Positions 19,069-26,845 of a stretch of 57,852 nucleotides of DNA are shown here, piece after piece (the stretch's first letter is position 1; each line of letters starts with the position of its first letter). Made by a program: the position numbers and the translations under genes. Source of the DNA: Pyrinomonadaceae bacterium (GTDB taxonomy: Bacteria; Acidobacteriota; Blastocatellia; Pyrinomonadales; Pyrinomonadaceae); the NCBI GenBank assembly GCA_035438525.1, contig DAORIL010000001.1, positions 1-57,852 on the forward strand, read 5' to 3'. The notes under the pieces were generated by a model. The model saw only the letters and a list, made by a program, of their open reading frames with translations. It was not told the DNA's origin and ran no database searches.

Positions 19069-19113
19069 GCGTTCTTCTTCGTCAAATAGTGAATCTAAAA
19101 GCGATGATTTCAT
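19069..19113. repeat. Direct repeat copy B (45 bp); dead duplicate of the xseA 5' end
   Basis: Identical to 18315-18359. On the minus strand it would encode MKSSLLDSLFDEEERDLFS*. Its ATG overlaps the TGA of the methyltransferase gene (ATGA). Confidence 0.95.
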
Positions 19114-19955
19114 AAATTAAAAGGCAAAGTAATTTGAGTTTTTTCATCTTTCATCGGCAAAGAATAGTTTGAAATAAAAAGCTCTTTTCCTATTTGATCT
19201 GAAGATTCGGTCACATTTCTCATTCCATAAGTTAAATTCCAAGCGGTGATTTTGGCAAACGAAAAAAGTTCACGAATATACGGCGAATCATCATAGGTTA
19301 TAAGCCATTTATGCTGACATTTTCGCAGATTTTTAGCAAATCTTTCGTGATCGAATATTTTATGAAACTGTCCGTTTTTTCCGTAAAGTGCAGAATCTGT
19401 AGCGGAAAAATACGGCGGATCAAGAAATAAAAAGACATTTTCTCCACCAGCATTAACAACTTCTTCGTAATCAAGATTAGTAATTTTCACCTCCCGCAAA
19501 ACTTTTGGTAATTCGACTAATCTTTCAATACTAGAGTTCGTAAAACGCTTTTGATAAGCCTGATTTGAAAAGCCCCCTGCTTCGGTCGTGCCTGAAAAAG
19601 TGATGCGATTAAAGATAAAAAAAGTGGCAGCTAATTCTATTTCATTAAAATTTTCTTTGTTATCGCGTAAGAATTTGTGAAGCGATTTCCCATCAGAATA
19701 TTCGTTTTTCCAACTCCAAATTTGTTCGATCAACTTTTCAGAATTTAGCTGATTTTGCTGCCAAAAAACTATTAAATCCCTATAAATATCGTTCATCCAA
19801 AATTTTTTCGCGGGAAATTTTTGTTTGAGAAAAACAGAGATCGAGCCGCCGCCGACAAAAGGTTCTCTAAATTCATCAAACGAAGGAATTAATCCGACAA
19901 TTTTTTCAACTGCCCGACTTTTTCCGCCCGGATAACGTAATGGACTGCGAATCAT
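19110..19955 (-). CDS. Dam-family (D12 class) N6-adenine DNA methyltransferase
   Basis: LRYPGGKSR, FREPFVGGGSI (the FxGxG AdoMet motif) and FLDPPYFSA (DPPY catalytic motif) occur in alpha-group order; 281 aa. Confidence 0.85.
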   Translation of the reverse strand: MIRSPLRYPGGKSRAVEKIVGLIPSFDEFREPFVGGGSISVFLKQKFPAKKFWMNDIYRDLIVFWQQNQLNSEKLIEQIWSWKNEYSDGKSLHKFLRDNKENFNEIELAATFFIFNRITFSGTTEAGGFSNQAYQKRFTNSSIERLVELPKVLREVKITNLDYEEVVNAGGENVFLFLDPPYFSATDSALYGKNGQFHKIFDHERFAKNLRKCQHKWLITYDDSPYIRELFSFAKITAWNLTYGMRNVTESSDQIGKELFISNYSLPMKDEKTQITLPFNL

Positions 19956-20023
19956 TTTTATATTTTACCTGAATTGATTAAAAATTATTTTCAAAGATTT
20001 TTGTGATAACTCTAGATAAAAAT

Positions 20024-23000
20024 TTAATTGGCTGTTTCTCCGTGTTCTAAAATTATCTCAAAATTATTCTCTTTTGCTTCTTGAAATAGTTTTTTGACAA
20101 AGCCTGTTTGATTTTTAGAAAAACTATTGACTTGCAAAAAATCATCCACTTTTTGCGCTTCGGCATTAGAAGAAATTGATCCTTCCAGTTTGTTTGAAGT
20201 CAATTTCAGAGCAACTTTTAATGCGACATTTTCGCTTCCAACTTTAACATTTTTGAGATTGGTGTAAATCATCATTTTGACTAAACCGTCTTTGATATCA
20301 GAGGCAGAGGGTATTTTGGCGCGAATAGTATGTTTAGCTTCCATTAGTGTCAGATTTTTACCTTCAATTTTAGTTTCGTCACAAGTGAAATAATACAATC
20401 CGCCGTCTTTATCACTGATTGTTACACGAGCCTTGGTGTCGCTTGAGAGGGCTTCTTTGGGTTGAATCGTGGCAAATTCGCGTCCCTGGGCTTTTTGCGA
20501 TTTTTGGCGCGAAAGTGTGCGGAAATCTTCTAAACTTTTGCTGATTTTGATGACAAAATTATCAATTCCTTTTTCATCGTGAAGTGTAACACTAGTTCGC
20601 TTGGCAATTTCTGCGTAAGCCGTCTTTGCTTTTTCCGCGATTTGGGCAATTCCCTGCAATTCTTTCAAATTCCATTCAGTTGCAGTTCCTTTGAAATTTT
20701 GCAGCTCGTTTAATTTATTCAAAATGAATGCGTTATCAAATTGCTGGTCGGTCAATTCATTTTTTGAATCTCGTTGAGCCTCATTGTAATAACCAAGAAT
20801 CAGATACACGTCCAACAGGTTCATCAACGAAAAAGTATCAAACTGCAAAAAGTCGCGTTCGCCGTCTTTGCCTTCGTCTTTGATAATTGGAATGATTGTT
20901 GCTTTTCGGGGGGATGTTAAAGTGTTGTAAATGCGTTCGTAGGGGTAAGAGCGAGTGCGTTTTGGCGAAACCCAGCGGCTAACCGCCAGCTCGCCAAACA
21001 AAAAGGCAGGCGGAGATTTATTAACATCAAAACCTTCTGCGCTAATTTTTTTTAAAGTATTGCCAAGTGACGTTTTGTAATGAATATCGGTAATTTCGCC
21101 CGTAATTTCCGGTGGTGGTTGGGGAATGGAATAAGAAATCGGGGCAAATTTGAAATCGTTTGGTTCTTCCTTTTTTAAACTACTGACTACTTTGTTTGAA
21201 ACTTCCGTGACTGCACCGAGATTGACAAAAGTTCCTAAAACATTGACCTTAACTCTTAAACGAGGCGAAGCGGAATCTCCGACATCGGAACTATCTGAGC
21301 GAAACGTCACTGTGTAAGCAGTTCTTAATTGAACTACGATGTCTTCGTAAGCCTTTTGTAAATCGTCGAGACGGCGAATCGGATAATAAACTCCGCCCGA
21401 AACTTTGGCTAATCGTGCGCCTTCTTCTTCGGCTTTGGAAGTCAAACCCATATATCGCGTTCGCAACGGATCGACGGTTTGGCTGGCACTATTGGTTGCC
21501 GATGCCGCCACTAATCCGGAAGGAACATAAAGCGGATAGATGAGTGCGCCGCTTTCCTGAATTGAGCCAAGCAGAGAATCGAACGGCAAAAATGAGCGAT
21601 TATCGTCACCGTCAGATAAAACTACGAGAGCAGTCCGTTCGCCTTTGAAAGGTTTGAGAGTATCAACCAAAGTATAAGCAATTGCATCGTAATAAGCCGT
21701 TGCGCCGCCTGCATCAAAGGTGTCGAGCGATTCGGATAGCTGATTGCGATTGGTCGTAAAAACTGAGATTTGTTTTACGTCTTCGCTAAAAATGACAATC
21801 GAAATTTTGTCATTGGGACGCATTGTATTGAGAAAATTCCGCGCCGCTTTACGAATAAAGTTGACATAATTCTCGACACTGCCTGAAACATCCAACAACA
21901 AGACCAAATTAAAAGGTGCAGTAACTGGTTCAACTGATAAAATCTCGCGTTCCTTGCCGTATTCGGTAACCACAAAATCTTTTTTTTCGAGTCCGCCAAC
22001 CGCCCGGTTATTTGAATCAACCACTCGGGCAATAACTTGTTTGATTTTGGCAACTCCGTTATTTTCAACGCGCGGTTTATCAACTAAATTCGGAGTAATC
22101 CGGCGCGGCGGCAAAGTTTTTAGATAATCGCCGAAATATTTGGGGCTGGCACGGCGAATAGCTTCGGTCAGCATTGAATCACCACTGCGAACTATGGCTT
22201 TAGCGGCTTCGGTCAACGGGCGTTCGCGCAAATCAGAAGAAACTTCGGTCGGGCTGACATTGAGTAAAATGATTCCGCGTGCAGTCGAAAATTTTAATGA
22301 GATTGCGTTTCCATCAATCGTCTTTTTCTTATCTTTTTTGTCGTCCTCTTTGGTCGGAGTCGGTTCAGGAGTTGGAGTTGGTTCGGTAGTTTCGGTTGCG
22401 TTCTCTTTTTCTTTGGCTGCTTTTTCGGCTTTTGCTTTTATGGCTTCTTCGTCCACAAATTTGCCTTTAATTTCAAAACGTCCGGCTGATTTCTCTTTGA
22501 CTTCTTCGATGTCAATATCGCTCAGGTAACGCGGACGAGATTGAGTCCACATAAATTCATATTTGATATTTTCCAGAGGAATATTAGTCGCAATCGTTCC
22601 GGTATCAGTAAAAACTTCTGCCGAAAAAATATTTCCGTCAATTGATACTTCGCCTTCTTCGGTTTCTATTTTAAGCCGAACGCGTTCAGGAACCTGAACA
22701 GTTAGATCAAGTCTGGTTTTAGCATTTTGCGGATTAACGTTGATTTTTATTTTTCCGCCAGCAGAATTTATTTCAAAATCTTTTTCGGTGAGAGTCTTTG
22801 AACTGTTAGCAATTAATAAAACTTTGTCGTCTTCGCCTTCTTTGGTTGCTTTTGCCTCGACTTTAACCCGCCCATAAAAATTAGTAACGTCAATCAAACC
22901 GTCCGCTTTAAACTTAAACTCTTTTTGAAAAGTTTGGGCGTTGACAGTAAGCAATAAGCAGTAAGCAGTTAGCAGTAGAAAACAAAAACTCCGCCATCCC

Positions 23001-23047
23001 AATTTTGAATTTTGAACTTTTAATTTTGAACTTTGAACTATCTTCAT
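20024..23047 (-). CDS. Fusion protein: signal peptide + adhesin-like beta region + VWA domain (Acidobacterial VWFA type) + C-terminal PD-(D/E)xK restriction-endonuclease-like region
   Basis: The VWA MIDAS motif is LLLDVSGSV, with ...VVLSDGDDN downstream. A typical VWFA-family ending ...SPRLRVKVNV lies near aa 610-620. The ORF then continues for about 370 aa with no stop and no in-frame ATG/GTG/TTG. This region contains RWVSPKRTRSYPYERIYNT and TCDETKIEGKNLTLMEAKH (a D...ExK pattern). The start overlaps the kinase stop (ATGA). Confidence 0.7.
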   Translation of the reverse strand: MKIVQSSKLKVQNSKLGWRSFCFLLLTAYCLLLTVNAQTFQKEFKFKADGLIDVTNFYGRVKVEAKATKEGEDDKVLLIANSSKTLTEKDFEINSAGGKIKINVNPQNAKTRLDLTVQVPERVRLKIETEEGEVSIDGNIFSAEVFTDTGTIATNIPLENIKYEFMWTQSRPRYLSDIDIEEVKEKSAGRFEIKGKFVDEEAIKAKAEKAAKEKENATETTEPTPTPEPTPTKEDDKKDKKKTIDGNAISLKFSTARGIILLNVSPTEVSSDLRERPLTEAAKAIVRSGDSMLTEAIRRASPKYFGDYLKTLPPRRITPNLVDKPRVENNGVAKIKQVIARVVDSNNRAVGGLEKKDFVVTEYGKEREILSVEPVTAPFNLVLLLDVSGSVENYVNFIRKAARNFLNTMRPNDKISIVIFSEDVKQISVFTTNRNQLSESLDTFDAGGATAYYDAIAYTLVDTLKPFKGERTALVVLSDGDDNRSFLPFDSLLGSIQESGALIYPLYVPSGLVAASATNSASQTVDPLRTRYMGLTSKAEEEGARLAKVSGGVYYPIRRLDDLQKAYEDIVVQLRTAYTVTFRSDSSDVGDSASPRLRVKVNVLGTFVNLGAVTEVSNKVVSSLKKEEPNDFKFAPISYSIPQPPPEITGEITDIHYKTSLGNTLKKISAEGFDVNKSPPAFLFGELAVSRWVSPKRTRSYPYERIYNTLTSPRKATIIPIIKDEGKDGERDFLQFDTFSLMNLLDVYLILGYYNEAQRDSKNELTDQQFDNAFILNKLNELQNFKGTATEWNLKELQGIAQIAEKAKTAYAEIAKRTSVTLHDEKGIDNFVIKISKSLEDFRTLSRQKSQKAQGREFATIQPKEALSSDTKARVTISDKDGGLYYFTCDETKIEGKNLTLMEAKHTIRAKIPSASDIKDGLVKMMIYTNLKNVKVGSENVALKVALKLTSNKLEGSISSNAEAQKVDDFLQVNSFSKNQTGFVKKLFQEAKENNFEIILEHGETAN
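22946..23040. repeat. Two heptamer tracts (AGTAAGC-type x5 and AATTTTG-type x5-6) that encode the signal peptide of the VWA fusion gene
   Basis: 22946-22980 reads AGTAAGC AATAAGC AGTAAGC AGTTAGC AGTAGAA. 23001-23040 reads AATTTTG AATTTTG AACTTTT AATTTTG AACTTTG AACTA. On the coding strand these give MKIVQSSKLKVQNSKL...LLLTAYCLLLTV. Confidence 0.85.
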
Positions 23048-25293
23048 CTTTTTTCTGTGCTGCTTACTCTACCTGATTGTATCAGACGGTCGCGGATTCG
23101 ATGTTGCCAATTGGTGCGGGGATGTTCGGCATCTTCAAATTTTGTTAATAAATCCTGCATTGATTCGCCACCTGCCTGACGGGTTTTGAAATAAAGTAAC
23201 GCTGTTATTATAGACGTAAAAGAGGAAATAAGAAAAATTATCGGCATCCAGATCAATTCAAAAATCGCGGTTCCGATTCCGACTCTTTTTTCCATTCTTC
23301 TCATTTTTTCTTTATCTGATTCGGTATCTTTATCATCATCAGAGATTTTAACTCCATGAGGTCCGACAGAAATATTTACATTGTCGTCATCTGCCGCCTT
23401 TTGTTCAATTTTTGTGCTTTCTACAGGTTGCGGCGAAAATCCTTTGATAATTCCCTGAATCGCAAAACTTATGATAATTGCTAAAATAGTTGGAATCAGA
23501 TAAACGATCAGCGAAGTCCCTAAAACTGTTAAAAAGGAACGTTTGACAAGTTCGACCGAGCGCCGAAAGGCTACTCTGCCGCTTAATCCTTCCATCATTA
23601 TCGATGGAGTAATCAGCATATATCTCGCCGAAAGATAAAGTCCCGGGAAAAAGCAAAGAACGAATCCGAATAAAGCTAACAAAGTAGAAACCGTGACAGT
23701 TTTCAAAAGCGGTTTCCACTTTTTTCTTAACTCACTAAAGGCATTTCTGATCTGTATCGGACGCAGCGGAACTGCCAAAATTTGCGCAACGATCCAGGTT
23801 GTAGCACCAACCAACATCGTTGAATAAAACATTTTGACAAAGAAATCAGCAAAAGAGAGAACAATCTTGGTAGTTATCCAGACTGCATTAGCAGATACGG
23901 CTTCTGTTGCCACCAGTAGATCAACTACAACCTTGGCAAAATTAGTAATAAAAAAAGGAATTGCCAGGATCAATGAGAGCAATAGAAATTTTGGCAAATG
24001 TTCGCCGTAAATGGCTAAAGCTTTTGTAAATAAAGCTCCGATTCCTTCGGAATGAGCGCGTAAAGTGCTGGCGAAAGCTTCGGCAGTTTGCGGACGCTCA
24101 TCCGTATTTTTTGCCAATGCCGAAAATAATACTTTCTTGACTTTGCGCGGAATCTTTTTTGCTTCCAAAGGTGGCGGTGCAACTTCTTTGTGCGAATCCA
24201 TTACTTCGGTAAAATTACCCGTAAAAGGTGTTTTGCCCGACAGCATTTGATACGCAATAATCGCCAAACTGTAAATATCGGAACGAGGCGTAAGTTTTTC
24301 CCCGCGGCACTGTTCCGGCGACATATAAAGCGGTGTGCCTAAAACCGCTCCGACTCTGGTTAATTCGGCAGTTGCAGGATTTCCCAAAGCTTTATCAGTA
24401 TCTGCATTTGAAATTAACCTGGTGCCTTTTTCATCCTTTTCAATCAGTTGCGTTCCTTTATTTTCGTCTGGAAAAATCGCGGTTCCATCTTCCAAAGAAA
24501 TTTCGGCGGCAGGGAAAATTGCCGTTCCTTTTTCATCACTGACCGAGAGAATTGCCGTTCCTTTTTCATCGTTAGCAGAAAAAATTGCGGTTCCTTTTTC
24601 ATTAACAGGATTTTGAATCAGAGTTCCGCCTTCACCGATCATTGTTGCACTGCGATTTTCGATAATTGTCTGAGCATTGGTCTGATCAGCCAGAGTGTCG
24701 CCGTGCTGCAAGGCTTGAGTCGGCGTAGTTGTGGTCGGATTGAGCAACGCTTTTTCGTTTTCGTCACTGCTCATCGGTTCTTCGAGCTTGGCAATCCCAA
24801 AATCTAAAACTTTTACCGTATAACCGCCGCGCTGATTCGGTTCAAGCCAAATATTATCAGGTTTTAGATCACGGTGAATAATGCCTTGACCATGCGCTTC
24901 GTGAACTGCTGAACAGACTTGTTCCAAAATATCGAGCGTCCATCCCAGAGGCAGTTGTTTTTCTTCTTCTAAAATTTCGCCGAGCGTGCAGCCGTCAAGA
25001 TATTCCATCACCAAATAGGCGACGCGCCCTTGCGAAGTCTCGGCAAAACCAAAATCGGTCACATTAACCACGTTTGGATGTCTTAACCTGCCTGCCGCCC
25101 GTGCTTCACGACGAAACCGTTCGACAAACTCAACACGCTGCATAAATTGCGGAACGATAACTTTTAGTGCCACAGGTCTTTCCGTTCCAATGTGCATTGC
25201 TAGATAAACGGCACCCATTCCGCCGCGCCCAAGCTCTCTTTCGATTGAATATTTACTGTCGAGCGTTTGCCCGATGAGACTTTCTAAATTCAT
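23044..25293 (-). CDS. Ser/Thr protein kinase with repeat-rich linker and multi-pass C-terminal membrane domain
   Basis: GRGGMGAVYLA...ALKV, HRDLKPDNIW, DFGIAK and GTPLYMSPEQ are Hanks kinase motifs. The linker contains EKGTAIF-type repeats. About 6 TM segments lie in the C-terminal half. Confidence 0.9.
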   Translation of the reverse strand: MNLESLIGQTLDSKYSIERELGRGGMGAVYLAMHIGTERPVALKVIVPQFMQRVEFVERFRREARAAGRLRHPNVVNVTDFGFAETSQGRVAYLVMEYLDGCTLGEILEEEKQLPLGWTLDILEQVCSAVHEAHGQGIIHRDLKPDNIWLEPNQRGGYTVKVLDFGIAKLEEPMSSDENEKALLNPTTTTPTQALQHGDTLADQTNAQTIIENRSATMIGEGGTLIQNPVNEKGTAIFSANDEKGTAILSVSDEKGTAIFPAAEISLEDGTAIFPDENKGTQLIEKDEKGTRLISNADTDKALGNPATAELTRVGAVLGTPLYMSPEQCRGEKLTPRSDIYSLAIIAYQMLSGKTPFTGNFTEVMDSHKEVAPPPLEAKKIPRKVKKVLFSALAKNTDERPQTAEAFASTLRAHSEGIGALFTKALAIYGEHLPKFLLLSLILAIPFFITNFAKVVVDLLVATEAVSANAVWITTKIVLSFADFFVKMFYSTMLVGATTWIVAQILAVPLRPIQIRNAFSELRKKWKPLLKTVTVSTLLALFGFVLCFFPGLYLSARYMLITPSIMMEGLSGRVAFRRSVELVKRSFLTVLGTSLIVYLIPTILAIIISFAIQGIIKGFSPQPVESTKIEQKAADDDNVNISVGPHGVKISDDDKDTESDKEKMRRMEKRVGIGTAIFELIWMPIIFLISSFTSIITALLYFKTRQAGGESMQDLLTKFEDAEHPRTNWQHRIRDRLIQSGRVSSTEKR

Positions 25294-25392
25294 AAAACTT
25301 TCAACGAAACTCTACTCGGTTTTTGATACGTTTCGCAAGTTGTTTTGGATTCATTTTTTGGATTTGTAAGACTTTCTAATACAAAATAAAGC

Positions 25393-25785
25393 AAAATATT
25401 CACAGGGAATAAGGGGATGAAGACGGATAAGATATAAAGAATCAAAATTAAAACTACCTTGTGTGCAACTTTAATTGAAAAATAATATTGTTGCTAAGTC
25501 ATTGAAAATACATTAGATTCCTTAAATGTCGCAGAGCGACAAACTGAGTTTAGCCGTGTCTTTTAAGGCACGGGAAGTGAAAAACAGGAATTTTGTCGCG
25601 TCAGCGACAATTGAATAAACGATAAATCAGTTGTCGCTGACGCGACAGGGAATTAATTAAACTCTGTCCGTGCAATAAATTACACGGCTAAATTCAAATA
25701 ATCGCTACGCGATATTTAAGGAAAATTAAGTTGCACACAAGTTAAAACTATTCCTTTTTATCCCCTGTATCCCTGTAAATATTTG
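25393..25785. repeat. About 390-bp nested imperfect palindrome containing a cluster of REP-like hairpins (BIME/MITE-like)
   Basis: Outer arms are 25393-25431 and 25748-25785 (AAATATTCACAGGGAATAAGGGGATGAA versus reverse complement AAATATTTACAGGGATACAGGGGATAAA). Second arms are CTTGTGTGCAACTTTAATT at 25450-25476 and 25724-25749. Inner hairpins are GTCGCAGAGCGAC 25528-40, CCGTG..CACGG 25554-73, GTCGCGTCAGCGAC 25595-608, GTCGCTGACGCGAC 25633-46, CCGTG..CACGG 25668-87 and ATCGCTACGCGAT 25701-13. The whole structure is symmetric about position 25620. Confidence 0.85.
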
Positions 25786-25803
25786 ATTTTTCATCCTAAA
25801 TTG

Positions 25804-25833
25804 ACTGTGACACTTTATTAAACTGTCACAGTG
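25804..25833. promoter_or_regulatory. Quasi-palindromic 28-bp motif ACTGTGACACTTTATTAAACTGTCACAGT (candidate operator), copy 1
   Basis: The arms CTGTGACA and TGTCACAG are reverse complements. A near-identical copy lies in inverted orientation at 28569-28596. This copy is about 150 bp upstream of the 25982 gene. Confidence 0.5.
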
Positions 25834-25981
25834 ACCCACACATCTTTCCAAACAAAATGTTACCGTTAATAAATCGGTCTTTGGCATTCGTTCTTTGGTT
25901 TTTGCAAGGTTAAAAAAGTTGAAATTATTCAGCCACAGACCCAAAGACCAAACCTAAAAACCATTTCAAAAGGAAAAATCT

Positions 25982-26368
25982 ATGTTCAAAAAGTATCTAA
26001 CCATCATTCTAACTTTTCTAATTCTCAATCTTTCGCTCAGTGCAGTTGCCTTTGCCGAAACTAAAGCTGAGAAAGAGGCAAAGTTCGCGGATAAAGTAAA
26101 AGTAAATGTCACCAAACTTGGAACGGGAACGGACGCGAAAATTCAAGTTAAGTTAAAAGACGGAACGAAATTAAAAGGTTATGTCAGCCAAATCAACGAA
26201 AATAGTTTTGTCGTAACTGATGAAAAGACAGACGTTGCAACTGAAATTCCATATCCAAAGGCAAAACAAGTTAAGGGAAATAATTTGAATACGGGTGTGA
26301 AGATTGCGATTATTGCTGGAATCTTTGTTGCCGTTCTTTTAGCTGTTTTACATGCGAGAGGTGAGTAA
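25982..26368 (+). CDS. Small secreted/C-terminally anchored protein, paralog 1
   Basis: Signal peptide MFKKYLTIILTFLILNLSLSAVAFA, a Lys-rich beta-like core and a C-terminal TM segment. It resembles the next ORF closely by eye. Confidence 0.65.
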   Translation: MFKKYLTIILTFLILNLSLSAVAFAETKAEKEAKFADKVKVNVTKLGTGTDAKIQVKLKDGTKLKGYVSQINENSFVVTDEKTDVATEIPYPKAKQVKGNNLNTGVKIAIIAGIFVAVLLAVLHARGE

Positions 26369-26400
26369 ATACTTATCAATCAGCAATTTAGGAAAAATCT

Positions 26401-26790
26401 ATGTTCAAAAAATATCTAACGCTAATCTTAACCGTTTTACTTATCAATTTATCATTAAACGCATCTATTTTTGCCGAAACTAAAGCGGAAAAAGAAGCGA
26501 AATTTGCCCAAAAAGTTAAAACGCAAATTACCAAACTTGGCTCTGGAACTGAGGCAAAAGTTGAAGTTAAACTCAAGGACGGCACAAAGTTAAAAGGCTA
26601 CATCAGCAACATTGGCGAGGAAAGTTTCTCCGTCACGAATGACAAAACAGGCGCGGTTAGTGAAGTTCCTTATCCGAATGCAAAGCAAGTTAAGGGGAAT
26701 AATTTGAATACGGGTGTGAAAATTGCGATTACTGTTGGAGTCATTATCGCAATAGGATTCATATTGTTGGCTACGGGGCATGATAATTAG
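26401..26790 (+). CDS. Small secreted/C-terminally anchored protein, paralog 2
   Basis: MFKKYLTLILTVLLINLSLNASIFAETKAEKEAKFAQKVK... is a tandem duplicate of 25982-26368, including the upstream GGAAAAATCTATG. Confidence 0.65.
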   Translation: MFKKYLTLILTVLLINLSLNASIFAETKAEKEAKFAQKVKTQITKLGSGTEAKVEVKLKDGTKLKGYISNIGEESFSVTNDKTGAVSEVPYPNAKQVKGNNLNTGVKIAITVGVIIAIGFILLATGHDN

Positions 26791-26800
26791 TTATAAAATT

Positions 26801-26845
26801 ATGTCCAAAAAATATTTAACGCTAACCTTAACCGCTCAGAGTTAG
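26801..26845 (+). pseudogene. Truncated third copy of the small-protein paralog (first 14 codons only)
   Basis: ATGTCCAAAAAATATTTAACGCTAACCTTAACCGCTCAGAGTTAG aligns with the first 36 nt of the 26401 gene with about 4 mismatches, then stops. Confidence 0.7.

Noticed and set aside
25804-25833. Calling the shared 28-bp motif a Pho box
   Set aside because: Only the word CTGTCAC resembles the Pho-box heptamer. The repeat spacing is 18-19 bp rather than 11 bp, and the motif is an inverted repeat. I keep it as an unassigned candidate operator.
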